Of a stretch of 64,000 bases of DNA, positions 24,845-37,298 are shown in pieces (position 1 is the first letter of the stretch; every line of letters starts with the position of its first letter). Under the pieces are notes generated by a model, which saw only the letters and a program-made list of their open reading frames with translations, had not been told where the DNA came from and made no database searches. Source of the stretch: Ramazzottius varieornatus (lineage: Eukaryota > Animalia > Tardigrada); NCBI GenBank assembly GCA_001949185.1, contig BDGG01000001.1, positions 7,700,149-7,764,148 on the forward strand, read 5' to 3'. A program made the position numbers and the translations under genes.

Positions 24845-26751
24845 CTACTCGTCCCGGTGGTCGTAATCGCCGGCGTATTCACGGTCTCGGAGAATGGATC
24901 CGCCGGGCGAGCGGTTGTACAGACTTCGATCCTTGATGGTTTCGCGGGTGGAAGTGGTGATTCGGCTGCTGCCTGTAGCGGTGCGGGGAACATATCGGAG
25001 TTGGTAGCCTTCGGCGGTGTAGCCAAGGTAGGAGTGGATGAACCAGAGGATCAGAGCGAACTGGACGCCCCACGTGTTGACCATATGCCACTCCTTGTAG
25101 TAGAAAAATTGCGAGTACAGCAGTGACACAAATAGGGCTCCGTTGATCTGTAAGAAGGCAGAAAAATTCACCAAGTTCAAGTAGTGAACTTTCTCGATCT
25201 TGAATAATGAAAATCATAAAGTTACCACTGCCAGCGTGAATTAAGAGCATATGAAAGAAAGTCAAGAATTCGTTTTCACAGTTGAGGAAACGCTTTTCAA
25301 AAATGCACCGGTACGTCGGGGTGGTCGTTCCTTGAACACTGTGACCCCGCTAAAGAAGCGCAGAATGCTGGATGCGTTTCATTATCGGGGCTACCGTTAG
25401 TTAAGCACGATCACCTCGGTAAAGTGGCGCACAAACACAAACATTAGGTAATGCGCCACGGTTTCAGGGTAACTCGTCACTTTGGGAAGACAACCGCACT
25501 GAAGCAGCGCACATTGCAAATGTAATATTCTACAGAAGCTTCAAGACATAATCAAGGAGGAGTATTGTCCTTACCACCATTCGCTGGATGAAATGAGCTT
25601 CCTTGTCCCTATCGTCTTGGAATCCGACAGCTTGGAACGCGAAGATACCAGTGCCGAAGAGAGAAGCGCCGACAGCTCGAGTCAGATGTTCGTGAACGCC
25701 ATCCAAAGTGCGGATCAGAGTCTGCAAGATAGAAACACAGCTGGTTGACTTTCAAAATTCGAAATTCAATACATCGATTCACTGGAGGGAAGTAGGAAAG
25801 AAATGTTTTTATACGTACGAAATTGCGTAAAAACCAACGGGGGAATCCATAGAGGGTGAATCCGATGGCGGTTGCGAGGACGAAGTCAAAGAGGAGAAAC
25901 TTGTTGATCGGTCGGCCGGTGCGCTGGAGATGTCCCCCGGGGTAGCCTCCTCGGACGAGGTGAACCAGACTACCCAAAGCCCACAAGAAAGCTCCCAGCA
26001 TACCGAACGTGACATGCTACAGAACAGACCAAATTGTAAAGCTGACAAAACTCTATTACAGTCGAATACCTTCGCAAAAAGAAGACGAAACTTACTTCGT
26101 GGCTCCAAGCCTTGGAGAAGAGCTGGACGTCGATCATGGCAATGAGAAGGACAACATTCGTCTGAAAAAGCAGAGAAGGTGAGAAAAATCCAAAAGCAAC
26201 AGCACTGATAAAATGAATCGGAAATAATGGAAATAGACAATTCGTAATTAGAAAATTTCATGACTTTACGGACAATGCAGAAACGCGAAACAGACCCTTC
26301 TGAACCTCACAGAATATTTACTTACGATGACGCGGTGGAAAAGGAGGCATGGATGAACAGTTTCCGGATCCTTGGTAAATTTCGTCAGGATGAACTGGAG
26401 CACAGCATTTCCCAAGAGGACAGCTCCGTACATTCTGGCCATTTGGAGATCAACACCATCAAGAGTGGTTCGGGAGACCTAAAGAAAGACAAAACCATGC
26501 ATAAACGAATTTATTATGATGTTTCACAGACAATCAAACCTGGAAATCGAGCAGCATCTGCGGGAAAAGGAACCAGGCTGCTGCAAAGAGCGACGTGGCA
26601 ATCAAGTCGACGCCAAACCACAGCTTCCTGTTCATCACGGCGAAGATGAAGCCTCCTAATAGCACCGCAGACCTGTAAAAGACATCCAACATCAGAATCC
26701 GTACGGTTATGGAAGATAATCGACTTACCGGACGATCTGCGTGGAATGCAT
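24845..26751 (-). CDS. Multi-pass membrane protein made of two tandem TP53I11(PIG11)-like units
   Basis: Unit 1: WFGVDLIAT..WFLFPQMLLDFQ|VSRTTLDGVDLQMARMYGAVLLG. Unit 2: FLLFDFVLAT..LYGFPRWFLRNF|TLIRTLDGVHEHLTRAVGASLFG. Small GT-AG introns. Confidence 0.7.
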
Positions 26752-27637
26752 GAAGCGCACCACAGACTCGACGGGATCACGACTGTAGTCGGTGGCATAG
26801 CCGGAGCCGACTCCTTGGCCGCTGTAGGCCGACATCTTGATGTTTTGAAGAATGAGGAGAGCACAGTCGGGAATCTGGACGAAAAATCCGGCAGAAAATC
26901 CACGGGAGAAGAATTGCTGGAAAATTAAATGGCGTCGGAAAATTCAACGGTTGGAAAATGCACCCGGCACGATTAGCATTGAGGTCGACGGCACGGCCTG
27001 GACAAGCACGTCCGGGGCCACACCCGGGTACGGCTTTCCCCGACTCGTTGGCTCATCTGGTTGGCTCATGGCCTCCCGCGCTTATACAAAGCCCGCCTTG
27101 CGCCAGTCCGCCTATCGTTGCTTGTCATCCCACTGCGTTCCTTGAGTTCGATACGTTTTACGCATACTCCACATCATCGTACAGCCCATTGTTTGGGCAT
27201 GGTGTGGTACTAGGGTAGACCCCTTGATTGATTGTTTGATTGCTAGCGACTTGGCTGGCCACTAGACTGTCTATGCTAAGAGCAAGGACAAAGCGGACTG
27301 TGGACAATGGTCAAACGGCTTCGTAGTCTTCTCTGCTGTGAAGGAAAGTGACTGCTGAAAGAAAAGTAATCCCTGTTTGGAACACGCATTCGGTAATAAT
27401 CGAACTAACGGCGTGCCTAAGTAGCATCCGTTCAGATTTCAGCGGTTATTTTGAAAAATGATTGATGTGAGTCATGGGACGAACGGCAGTCTGCACAGTG
27501 GTCAAACCGTATAATCTTCCGAAACTCGGGGATTTCCCTCACGTCAAATTCACAAAGCAGTTCGCATAGTTCGGGTCTGCCAGAACTGTGTACCGAAAGA
27601 ACGCAACAGTTTAGAATACGTCGAAATGTTAGAAAGC

Positions 27638-28736
27638 TCATTGCTGGTTCTTCTTTGCCAGGTTCTCACCCTCATCTCGTAGAATTTCAGGATGCGCCTT
27701 CCAGAAATCATCTCTAATTATATCTTCGTTCAGTGAAAGAATTGTATCTGACGGCTTATCACCATCTCCAGCGGCGCAGAGGTTCGAACCGAGAGCTTTC
27801 ATAAGAACAGTTCCTTTCCGGTACAGCTGTGAAAGGTTATTGTAATTTACACCAAACTGCGAAAATAAAATCTCATTCTTTCCACCAGCATTCGTTCCTT
27901 TCAGCTTGACTTGTGCTTCGTTGGGCGTGAGTCCACCTTCTTGCACCAGCGCCCAGAAGACCGTGTTGTAGAGGTTATTGATGTGACAGTCAGCTTGTCT
28001 CCAGGAAAGGTAGTCTCGGAGAACCTCCTTTGAGGGATACAGGATCACACGACCATCGAAGGAGGGTGCGTACTTTAATGGAGTGGTTGGGAAGAACTCC
28101 GACCAGTGAAAGGTGAAGCAGCTTGTGAAGAGCGACACCATGTTGGACAGTATTTTACTGCAAACGGGAAGGTACTAGTGATCATCAGCAGGAAACGCAT
28201 GACGTCACGACACATTCATGTATGTCGAACCGACTCAAGCCACACTTGCCGTGACGTCATGGACCATTCAACTGGAAACCTAGACCTTTTCCACAAAGCT
28301 GTACCTTTCTCGTCGGTTATACAAGTTTGTCTTCTTGTCCAGCACAAAACTGTACTCATCACTTTGTCCATAAGCTATAACGACATCTTTGAAGTCCTTC
28401 ATCACCGAGGTGGCTGCTTTGTTCATCAGTCCCAGGGAGCGATCGTCGTTTGGCTTTCTAAAGCCGTGAACGTCGGAAAACCTTTGTCGGAAAGACAGAC
28501 ACGCGGATTCAAGGGTCTCAGATAGCTTGCTGTGATATTTCGCACACTAGAGTTCTCAAGTTAATTTTCACTGAGAGCCAGAACAAGACACCACAACTGC
28601 AACACACAGATACACTTCCGGTGGTGAATTACCTGTGGAAGCCGCGTCCATCGATCCTTACAACAGGCCAGCACTGTGGAAGTAGGACGTCAGATCGCTC
28701 GAACAACTTAACGTACTCGAAACTACTTTTCGCCAT
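27638..28736 (-). CDS. THG1L: tRNA-His guanylyltransferase
   Basis: [67 protein letters not shown]. Confidence 0.96.
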
Positions 28737-29238
28737 TGCGCGTGTTAACTGGACGCGGTGGGCAACGACATACCGAAATCTTACGAAGGTTTCTCTTCGA
28801 AAAACTTGCGAGAAGTCAAAACCAAAATTCAAAAAAGAACCAGGATACTGTTTACGTTCGATCAAGTCCAGTTCCAAATCAAGCGAAGGCTTGCGAAATG
28901 CACATTTCGGTGAATCGAACTGCAGCCAGATCGAGGTGGCAAGTCCTGTATCACGTTCATTATTCAGCAGTTTCTACAATTGGTGCAGAGCCATTCGGAA
29001 CGCTGAACAAGAGCGATCCACTGATCCAGATTCCAGAATTTTGAGTTTGATACCTTCTTCGCTCTTCTCCACGCTCCAGTGTTCTCGTTATCTCCTGACT
29101 CGGACTCCATGATATTTAACAACGGATGCTCCCATTGCTCCGTCGAGTGACTGTTAGCTGTGGATAGTCTGGACAACACGTCGAGGCGACTGGACGCCAG
29201 GACGAGTATGAGATTCGTTCTCTTAATCTGCAAACAAG

Positions 29239-32200
29239 ATGTCCCAAAGAACACCACGAAGCTCCGAAGACGCCAAGAAACCCAAAGACAACGGTGAGCC
29301 CTCATCAGATGCTGGATCATCCAGTTCACGTGCATCTCTCCATCCCGAAGATGTGGCTTATCCGTACGTCAACTCGCAACATCCCAACTCCTTGCTTCGT
29401 GGTCTGCAGCAACTGAGGCAGACTGAGACATTCTGCGACGTTGTGCTGAAAGGAGAGGATCCTTCAGATTCTTTTCTATGCCATCGTTTAGTCCTAAGCT
29501 CCTGTAGTAGCTACTTTCGTGGAATGTTCACGTCTAACTTGGATGAATCGCGGAAGAAAGAAGTCCAGCTGCAAAATGTTTCTGGCAAAACCTTGCGCTC
29601 GTACGTACGACGTCTCGCGTCCTGCAGTTGTGTACTCATTCTGTTCAGTTCGGCCTGGTGTGCTTTGACGTCATGCGCGGATTAAACTGGGGGTCTGCGC
29701 AGAGTGACCTGGGTGGTCTTCAACGTCAATCTATTTCAACTTACCTGTCTTCTTTCTTGCAGGTTGATCGACTATGCCTATACGTCAGAGATGTCCATCG
29801 ATAAGAATAACGTCCAATCCTTGCTTGCGGCAGCCACTTTCCTCGATATTATCCCAGTTCGAGATGCCTGCTGTAACTTCCTGGAGAGGAACATGGACGA
29901 GTCCAACTGCCTAATGATACACTGTTTCGCTGAGCTGCATAACTGCACCAGTCTAGCTGATAAAGCCAAGACTTTTGCCCTTCAGAAGTTCACTTCGGTA
30001 GCCCTCCATGCTGAATTTCTGGAAATCGCAAAAGAAAAAGTAAGAAAATAATGGGACTGGACAAGTGGCGCACTCCCTCAGTGATATTAGCCGGAAGCGT
30101 GTGTCACTCAGGAAAAAACTATCTGAGTCGTGTTTGCTGCCCAAGTCTGTCTCACTGAAAGCGCGCGCCACTTGGGGAATGAATTTCGTCAAACTTGAGC
30201 CCTGAGCTGCCAAATGTTTCTATCCGTTTTACTGGTCAATCTGTTTCAGATCCGAGTTTTTTTCAGGTGATTGATTTGATCTCTTCGGACGATCTCAACG
30301 TTGAGCAAGAAGAAACTGTCTTCGAGGCGATCGTTCGATGGTACCACTACGATCCCATCGCCCGACGAGACGAGTTCGTGGAAGTGATGAAGTTTGTTCG
30401 TTTACCCTTGCTCAGCCCGTACTTTCTGGAGGACCTCGTGGCCAACCTGACTGTGGTAGAAAACAGCGCCGAAGCTCAAGCTATACTGCGAGAAGCTAGA
30501 TACTTTCACGAGCTGCCAAACCGCCGAACCGAGTGGACTTCACCACGCTGTCGTTTACGCAAAGCTTCCGGTTAGATAACCCACATTACGTGACGCATTT
30601 CACCGTTGGATGAACCAAGAAAATGCGTCACTTATTTTCCTCTGGCAGTTCCCCCTTCTGAAACGATTCAAACGAACAATAGATCAGAAACTGAATAGAC
30701 TCTTCTCATTTAGGTTTTTCGGAAGTGATCGTGTGTGTGGGTGGTGAAGACGACAAAGTGGTCCTCCGCAGCGTGGAGTGCTTCAATCCAGTGAATGGCT
30801 CGTGGTCGCATCTAAAGAGCCTTCCGTTCGCGGTGAGTAAAGCGGGGCTGGTGATTACTGGCGAGAACTTTATGTATCTCTGTGGTGGCGAATATCCGGA
30901 TGGATCTGCCACCCGTGCAGTATTCCGCTACGATCCCGTCCTGGATGAATGGCGAGATATGGCATCCTTACATACTCAACGCTCCGAAGTCGGTAGGTCA
31001 GAAAATTCAGTCGAGAAACAGAAACTTGATCCAAAGACTGAACTTGAACAATCTTATTCATCTCAAAATTATAAAAAGAATGCAAACAGAATAAAGATTT
31101 TGGAAACTAAAAGCGGGAGCTGGGCAAGCGAACTCGACAAGATCGTTTTCCCAAGTGGCGCATGTTTTCATGGTTATTGGCTGGAAGAGTGCGCCACTTG
31201 GGAAACAGATCTTGTCGACTTCTTACGAAAGTCCTGTTTGATTTCAAGCAGTGTAGTTTACGCCCTCTTCATTCGGGGTTTTTCTCCTGCAGGTGTAGCG
31301 CTTGTGGACGATTACATCTACGCCGTGGGAGGTTTCGACCGATCTCGCCGTCTGGATACAGTCGAGCGCTTCGATCCCCGCGCGAATCGCTGGCAGTTCG
31401 TCGCGAGTCTTCGGTTGCCGCTGAGTTGTGCTTCGGTGGTGGCATATCGTAGTCATTTGTATGTCTTCGGAGGCACTGTTTCTGACACGGCCGAAACGAC
31501 CAATTTAGCATTCCGCTACGATCCGAAAAGCAATCTGTGGAGTGACCTGGCCAGAATGCCCAGTCCCCGCAGTGGCTGCTCCGTCTGTGTTGGACCAAGT
31601 GGCCTCATTTATGTCGTGGGTAAGTTGGACGGTTGCTTTAGTGGATGATTGATCACGGCTGTAATGGTCTGTGGAATCGTAATTGAAGTAATTGATCGTA
31701 TTATTCTGGTTACTGTAGGCGGGCTGTTAGGAGGGCAGGAAACGCTCAGTCGTGTCGACGCTTATGATCCTGTCAATAACGCGTGGACCACAAAATGTAA
31801 GAGAAGCTTCCGTGCTTCGTTTCTGATATAGACGGAAGGGGAAATTCGAGTGTTTTTCGCGCTCAGTCCGATTGAAAAATACCTGAATAAAATGTTTAAC
31901 TTTCGGTAGATTGATTTGGGAACTCGGGAGACAATCGTCACAAGACTGTGTTCCCAAGTGGCGCAAGCTTGTAGTGTTACTGGCTGCAAGCGCGCGTCAC
32001 TTAGAAAACTGATCTTGCCGAGCTTGTTTTTCGGAAAAAGCGTATGAGAAGGTCTGACTGAAGATTTCTTTCCTGTAGGCTCAATGAATAGCAGAAAATA
32101 TCGTCCAGGAATTGCCCTTCTTGACACTCGCATTTTCGTTCTGGGTGGCGAGACGCATATCGATGTACATAGCAATGAGATAGAGTTTTACGATGAGGAA

Positions 32201-32416
32201 CGCAACGAATGGACCGTCCACAAGAGCGAACTTCCTTGTTCACGAAGTTGGCTGAGCTGTGCTGTTATGAGAGTGAAGAAGGGTAAGTTTTCTTCCCCAG
32301 TACCGTAAAGAAAGCTCAATAGTGAGCTGAAAGCCTTGTGGGCAATTACAGGTGACGCCAACGAGCCGAGCACGTCGCGGAAAAGTACGGATCGAGCTGG
32401 CTGGATGAGACCGTAA
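29239..32416 (+). CDS. Kelch-like BTB-BACK-Kelch protein
   Basis: BTB FCDVVL..CHRLVLSSCSSYFRGMFT, BACK LISSDDLNVEQEETVFEA..VRLPLL, Kelch GG repeats (YAVGGFD..VERFDPRANRW). Confidence 0.93.
30055..30210. repeat. Intronic palindromic element (Kelch gene)
   Basis: AAGTGGCGCAC-N25-GTGTGTCACTC plus an extra GCGCGCCACTTGG half-site. Confidence 0.8.
31114..31225. repeat. Intronic palindromic element (Kelch gene)
   Basis: Core 31153-31199, spacer 25 bp; arms CTCGACAAGATCGTTTTCCC / GGGAAACAGATCTTGTCGA. Confidence 0.9.
31918..32025. repeat. Intronic palindromic element (Kelch gene)
   Basis: AAGTGGCGCAA-N25-GCGCGTCACTT. Confidence 0.82.
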
Positions 32417-33659
32417 TTTGCAGATCGGCTTCGATGTACTGTGGGATAATTTTATTCTGGTGTCTTACTCGTTGAGCTGTTCTGTAGAAGATCCGAAGAT
32501 CGGATCGATGTTTTTGAGTTTTTAATAATACGGAAGAATCGAATTCTTACCACTGTGATACTAGTTTATTGCCGACGTCTAGTCGTGGTCTCACCTGTCT
32601 CTGCTCTCACCTGTCCTGTGACTTCCCCTGTTTTCTAGTTTTACTCTTTTCCAGCCTTCATAAGTTATTAAAAGTTACTGTGTACAGGTGAGTGACTTCT
32701 TCTGAAAGGCGAAAATTAAGAGGTCGCATTTCCCAGCGCGAAGCTCAGCGTTGAGTGACTCAAACTCTGAACTCCTAGAGTTCTGTGACTTGCCGTTCTA
32801 AACACCGCCAAGTTTCTCTCGCAGGCTTTTTGAATATCTTGCGGTTCATTTATATGGATATCTACAGACATCAGAATAAGAAACAGAGTTGGCTGGAACT
32901 TCATCAACAGTGCATATGGTGGTCTGCGGAACAAGTAAGTTAGGAAAGCGTTCCGAGAACCGTAGTTTCTTGGCGCATTTGATCATCAGCACATGAATGG
33001 GTATAAAAGTCGATCACGGTGGTTGGGTAGCACGTTCCGAGTAATGCTTGTCAGAGGGGTTCAACACGGACTGGCCCGTCCAGTCGGCTTCACCCTCGGG
33101 AAGGTCTGAGACTAAGGCTGTTGGTTGATTGTTTGATCGAGATTCCCTAGACGGAAATGCTTTGAGAAAAGCAGCGGCTGACCAGAAATTCCTCTCCAAC
33201 ATGCCCATGGCAAGCGACAGGTGACAAGCCTGGATGCCGGCTGCTGGTAGAATTGGGAAAAGCTGTAGCCAGCTATTCGTAGCACGATCGACAAGGTGGC
33301 GTGCCATAGCGCCATAACTCAATTCAGACTATTCTGCTCCGAACGTAAAAGAGGGAGTTTCGGCTCCTTTTTTCCACTTTTATCCCACGTCTAGTTGTTG
33401 AACAAAATAATCACCAAGGTTTTCTTCTACAGCTTCCGCTCAAAAGTTTACACATAACAGCTAATCCTATCATGGGGTTCATGGTGCGCAGTCAGATCTA
33501 GAACACTCAAACTTCGCGCGGAGGAGAGGCATTAGCAAGAGAGTAAAACAAATACTGTCTGTTCCGCGGGGAAGTTCGCGAAATGCAACCTGGGTGTCTC
33601 AACTCTCTGTCATGATGGCCTGTCATGACAGCGGCGATTCAACTTTTGTTCAACTTTTA

Positions 33660-34060
33660 TTAGCTGTTTGCAGATTTTCTTTCCTTGAGATGAAGCTCGT
33701 ATACTCTGACCACTTCCTTGTTGACCACACAACGGTACCTCCCTGAGCGCATCGTAACCATTGGGTCGCCGACAGTTAGGTTGCAAACGGTGTTGCCAGA
33801 GACGAACTTGTCGGTGTCGGCAGCGATGTTGCTGTCGTCCGGCTCGCTCGGGGAAATCATTCGCCGCTGGACTTTGGAGGTCTTCGCACCAGTCTGCAGT
33901 TTCGTATTGATGTAAAGTAATGTGATGAATATGTGTAATGTCGTACCGTATTTTCCTGACTTTGATTTCCCAGATGATTAGCGTTTCGAGGTCTTGCATT
34001 GTGGGTCCGTCGACAACAAGACCGACGGTTGCAGTCTTGCAGATCGGTATTCTCACTATT
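33660..34060 (-). CDS. Possible small Ig-like domain exon(s)
   Basis: CNLTVGD..SGRYRCVVN resembles the Ig E/F strands (D/SGxYxC); an upstream IIWEIK segment could be the C strand; no complete gene model. Confidence 0.3.
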
Positions 34061-34311
34061 TTGTCGGGTAAACAAAGGTGTGATGCGCCGTATCTCGCTA
34101 TTAGCGAGACTTATCTGCCTTCCGTGCCGTCATTTCTTCCATGACTCACGGCCCACACATGTTATCGTAGTCAGCTTGAAGACAATTGTTGCAGACTCTA
34201 AATCCTTACGATGTAAACAAGTAGACTTCCGTCCGAAATCTGAATACGCTGATTACGTTATTACGGGTAGAATTTGTCCAGCATTCGTTTGCCAGTCCCC
34301 CGGAACTTGAA

Positions 34312-34908
34312 ATGGCCGCTTTCAATGTTAACCTGGAAACTCTGGAAGTCTTCAAGGAAGTTCGAAGTCTCATCACCACATCACGAAATCGGAAAGCCTT
34401 TGTGCAGAGTGCTCTACATAAAGTGTACTGCGACAAGGAAGTCCAAGGCAAGTACAATGTCCTGGTCGTCAACTTGCAGAAGATTCCACAATGGACAAAT
34501 GGGAAACCCGAAGGTTGGAAGGCCTACGAAGACTTCACCTATGATGAAATCATATTTGGAATTTATGTATTTGAAAGCGGTGAATTCCATTATTATGGTC
34601 GCAACGGCAAGGGATCTCCCAAAAACCTGGCTTTCCAAGGAAAGATCGCCGAGTGCTCGCCCGAAGGCAAAAAACCGAAAACCATCAAGTTTATCTTGCC
34701 GGACGAAGCCAAATTCCACACGGTAATTCCAGGTGATACGTTATGGGCTCTCGCCGAGCTCTACAAGGGCCATAACATAAGGCCTGAAGAAGCCTCAGTG
34801 CATGTAAGCACATGGACTGTGGTAGGTCGCATCGAAGAAATGAACGCAGGAAAAATCAAAGAAAGTAACACAATTTTTCCCGGTGACAAACTGCAGGTTC
34901 GTATGTGA
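34312..34908 (+). CDS. Intronless 198-aa protein: YvgO-like stress-protein domain + C-terminal LysM
   Basis: NRKAFVQ..GKYNVLVVNL..YDEIIFGIYVFESGEF..NLAFQG resembles, from memory, the Bacillus YvgO-type motif set (NRxxFVK..RYNVMVFNL..YGIWVFExGEF..NWAFxG). FHTVIPGDTLWALAELY..IEEMN..IKESNTIFPGDKLQV is a clear LysM. Confidence 0.85.
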   Translation: MAAFNVNLETLEVFKEVRSLITTSRNRKAFVQSALHKVYCDKEVQGKYNVLVVNLQKIPQWTNGKPEGWKAYEDFTYDEIIFGIYVFESGEFHYYGRNGKGSPKNLAFQGKIAECSPEGKKPKTIKFILPDEAKFHTVIPGDTLWALAELYKGHNIRPEEASVHVSTWTVVGRIEEMNAGKIKESNTIFPGDKLQVRM

Positions 34909-35161
34909 CAGCCCCAACATACAGTAGGTAGTCTTTTTGTGATGATCATTTTTGGCTCGGCGTTTCAGCTGGGATCTTCCTTCAAACCCTGCAGGTCTCT
35001 TTCCTAATAGAGTATTGAGTAAGTGGTTGCTCCAAAAGATGATGGTTGTTTTACTGAAAAGCATAGCCTGTCAATAACTTGACAATTATATTGACTGCTG
35101 TATGTAAATTGCACATCGTACTCTGTTTATTCAAAATTCTGTACAATGACATGCAGTAACT

Positions 35162-36884
35162 TCACACAATTTCGATTCCGCGATTATCCACAATTTCAGC
35201 TTTGAAGCGTGGACCTTTCACGAAAATCTTGTCCGAATGCCCGTTCTGTACATACACAGGTTTAACAGTTTTTGAAATATTCACAGAGGTGAAATGTACG
35301 ACAAAAGAAGAGTTATGACGCATCTGCACCGTCGACCATCTTGGCTTATAAGCTACTTCCGGTTGCGAAGGCGGCATGGTCCAGACATCGGCCACGTTGG
35401 CCAGGTCCACATCAGTCCCTGTACCGTTCTGCAAAGGCTCTTGAAAGGCCAAGGACGTATCGTTGAAAGCTGTCGGATCATCTTCGGACAGTGTGTCATT
35501 CAGAACGTCAGCGAACAAGTCAGGAACGATTGGTGGGTCGTTCTCGAACATCGGAAACTGACGGGTGGTCTGCACTTGCACCGTAGTTTCAGGCCAGCTA
35601 ATGTTTTTACTGGCCGACAGGAATATTTCAGTCGTTGTGTCTGTGGGGATCTGCGAAGCGATTTCTAGACCGGAAGTTGGTGTCGAAGATTGGATACCCA
35701 AAAGCTTGGTTGTCAGTGGCCGGCATTGCCGAGTATCCACTGTGACGAAAGTTACGTCTCGGTTGTCCGGACCTGGTCCGTTCGTGGCCATCACGTTGAG
35801 TGGGTGCAGTAGCCCGGGTTCGGCGTCCTTCTTCAGGATCAGCACCCCGTCATCGGGGTTTACGTAGAAGACAGAGTTCTGAAGTTCGTACGTCGGATCT
35901 GGATATCCTTTTGCCTGTAAATGAGAACAGTATCGTTGGTTGGCCATATGGGTGGAAACTGCGTAGACTGCCCAGACTACAGCAGGAGTCAAAGTAGCTT
36001 TACGGCTCGCCACTGCTTTCTGTTTTTTGTTATTTTGCTCAGTGTATAGCCGACCACTGGTCAGCGAAGGAACTTGCTCCATACCAGTACATTGCCGATG
36101 AGGGTTCCACTTTCGCAGTCCGCTGTGGCGAAGTTGTAACACCGTTTCTGGAAGACGACGTTGTACTGCCGTTCATGCTGTACATCGACGTCCATGTAGC
36201 AGCCGATCACTTCCACGACCACTTCCGCCACGTCAGTGTTGCCTTTCTTGTCTGAAGCCTTCACGTAAATGATGGACGTGGTGTCCACCGGTAAAACAAC
36301 TTTTGCAGTGATCGTTCCGGAAACGTCGTCGACAGCAAAAGAGTCCGAGTCGATCGAGTACCGAATGTCATCGCCACCACTAGCCTGAAACCGCCAACCA
36401 GCAATTACTTCGCATGAATGCGCCTTACGGCCTGCCATTGGCTACTTCTGACTTCCGTTGGAATCCAACCTACCTGGAGTGTTCCGATGATGGAAGACGG
36501 AGCTCTTCGCAAAGCAAAAAAATGGTAAGAAACCGCGTCGAAGCTGACGGTGGGACACGTATGGCTAACTTCTACGACGGCAGTTGCACTGACACCGGAA
36601 GTCTCCATTGCAGACAGGTAGAAGAGCGGGTACGGATCCTTGGGCTTCCTGGTCATGATGATGTCTCCTCGGAGTTTGTGCGCTATGAAATCCTGCGAGC
36701 CAAAAATTTGATAGGTTAGATTAGGGTCCGCGCTGGTGGCAACGATGGTGGCGATCGGCGCATTCATGATACAGGTGGCATTGAGGTAGTAATTTGCCTT
36801 GTCGAAAACCACGGCGCATGTATTCTGGATGACGAACCCAAATATCATCAGGCTGATGGTAAAAAGTAGCCATATCCACGCCAT
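35162..36884 (-). CDS. Signal-peptide protein with about 3 short cadherin-like repeats and a Thr/Asp-rich tail
   Basis: Hydrophobic N-terminus. Repeats VVFDKANYY..IVAT..LTYQI..F; VSFDAVSYHF..IRYSIDSDSFAVDDVSGTIT..VKASDK; VVFQKRCYNF..YELQNSVFYVNPDDGVL..VMATN. Confidence 0.7.
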
Positions 36885-37298
36885 CGTCAATGGCAAACAT
36901 TGTGTTCACAGATAGCCCAAAAGTGAATACAACATGTCACATAGGAGCGGGTAGCGAAAGGACCAAAACGGACCCGCCAAGTCAAAGCACACAGGAAACA
37001 CACTCGAGTGACCAATGACCACCATTGTACCGACAGAGTATCGGATACCACTTCCGGCATAACTACTGCGACTGTTATAGTCGAGTACATATCGCACGCA
37101 ACCTGATACCGCTTTCGCGGTCGCAAATGCCCAAGACGGACGCACTGCCTCGCCAGCAAGGCCTGTAGTTTCGCGTACAGTGATCTCGGTTTGAGACTGG
37201 GTTCGCAAGTTTATTTACCCGATTTGCAGCTCTTCGAGCTCGTCAAAGACATGGCTGCGAAAATACTGGAGCACGGTACAGTTCGAAATTCCAGAATA

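Noticed and set aside
24255-25490. Further degenerate palindrome remnants (about 24280, 25422; also about 8990 and 30590)
   Set aside because: Only partial half-sites or shortened spacers; too decayed to delimit as features
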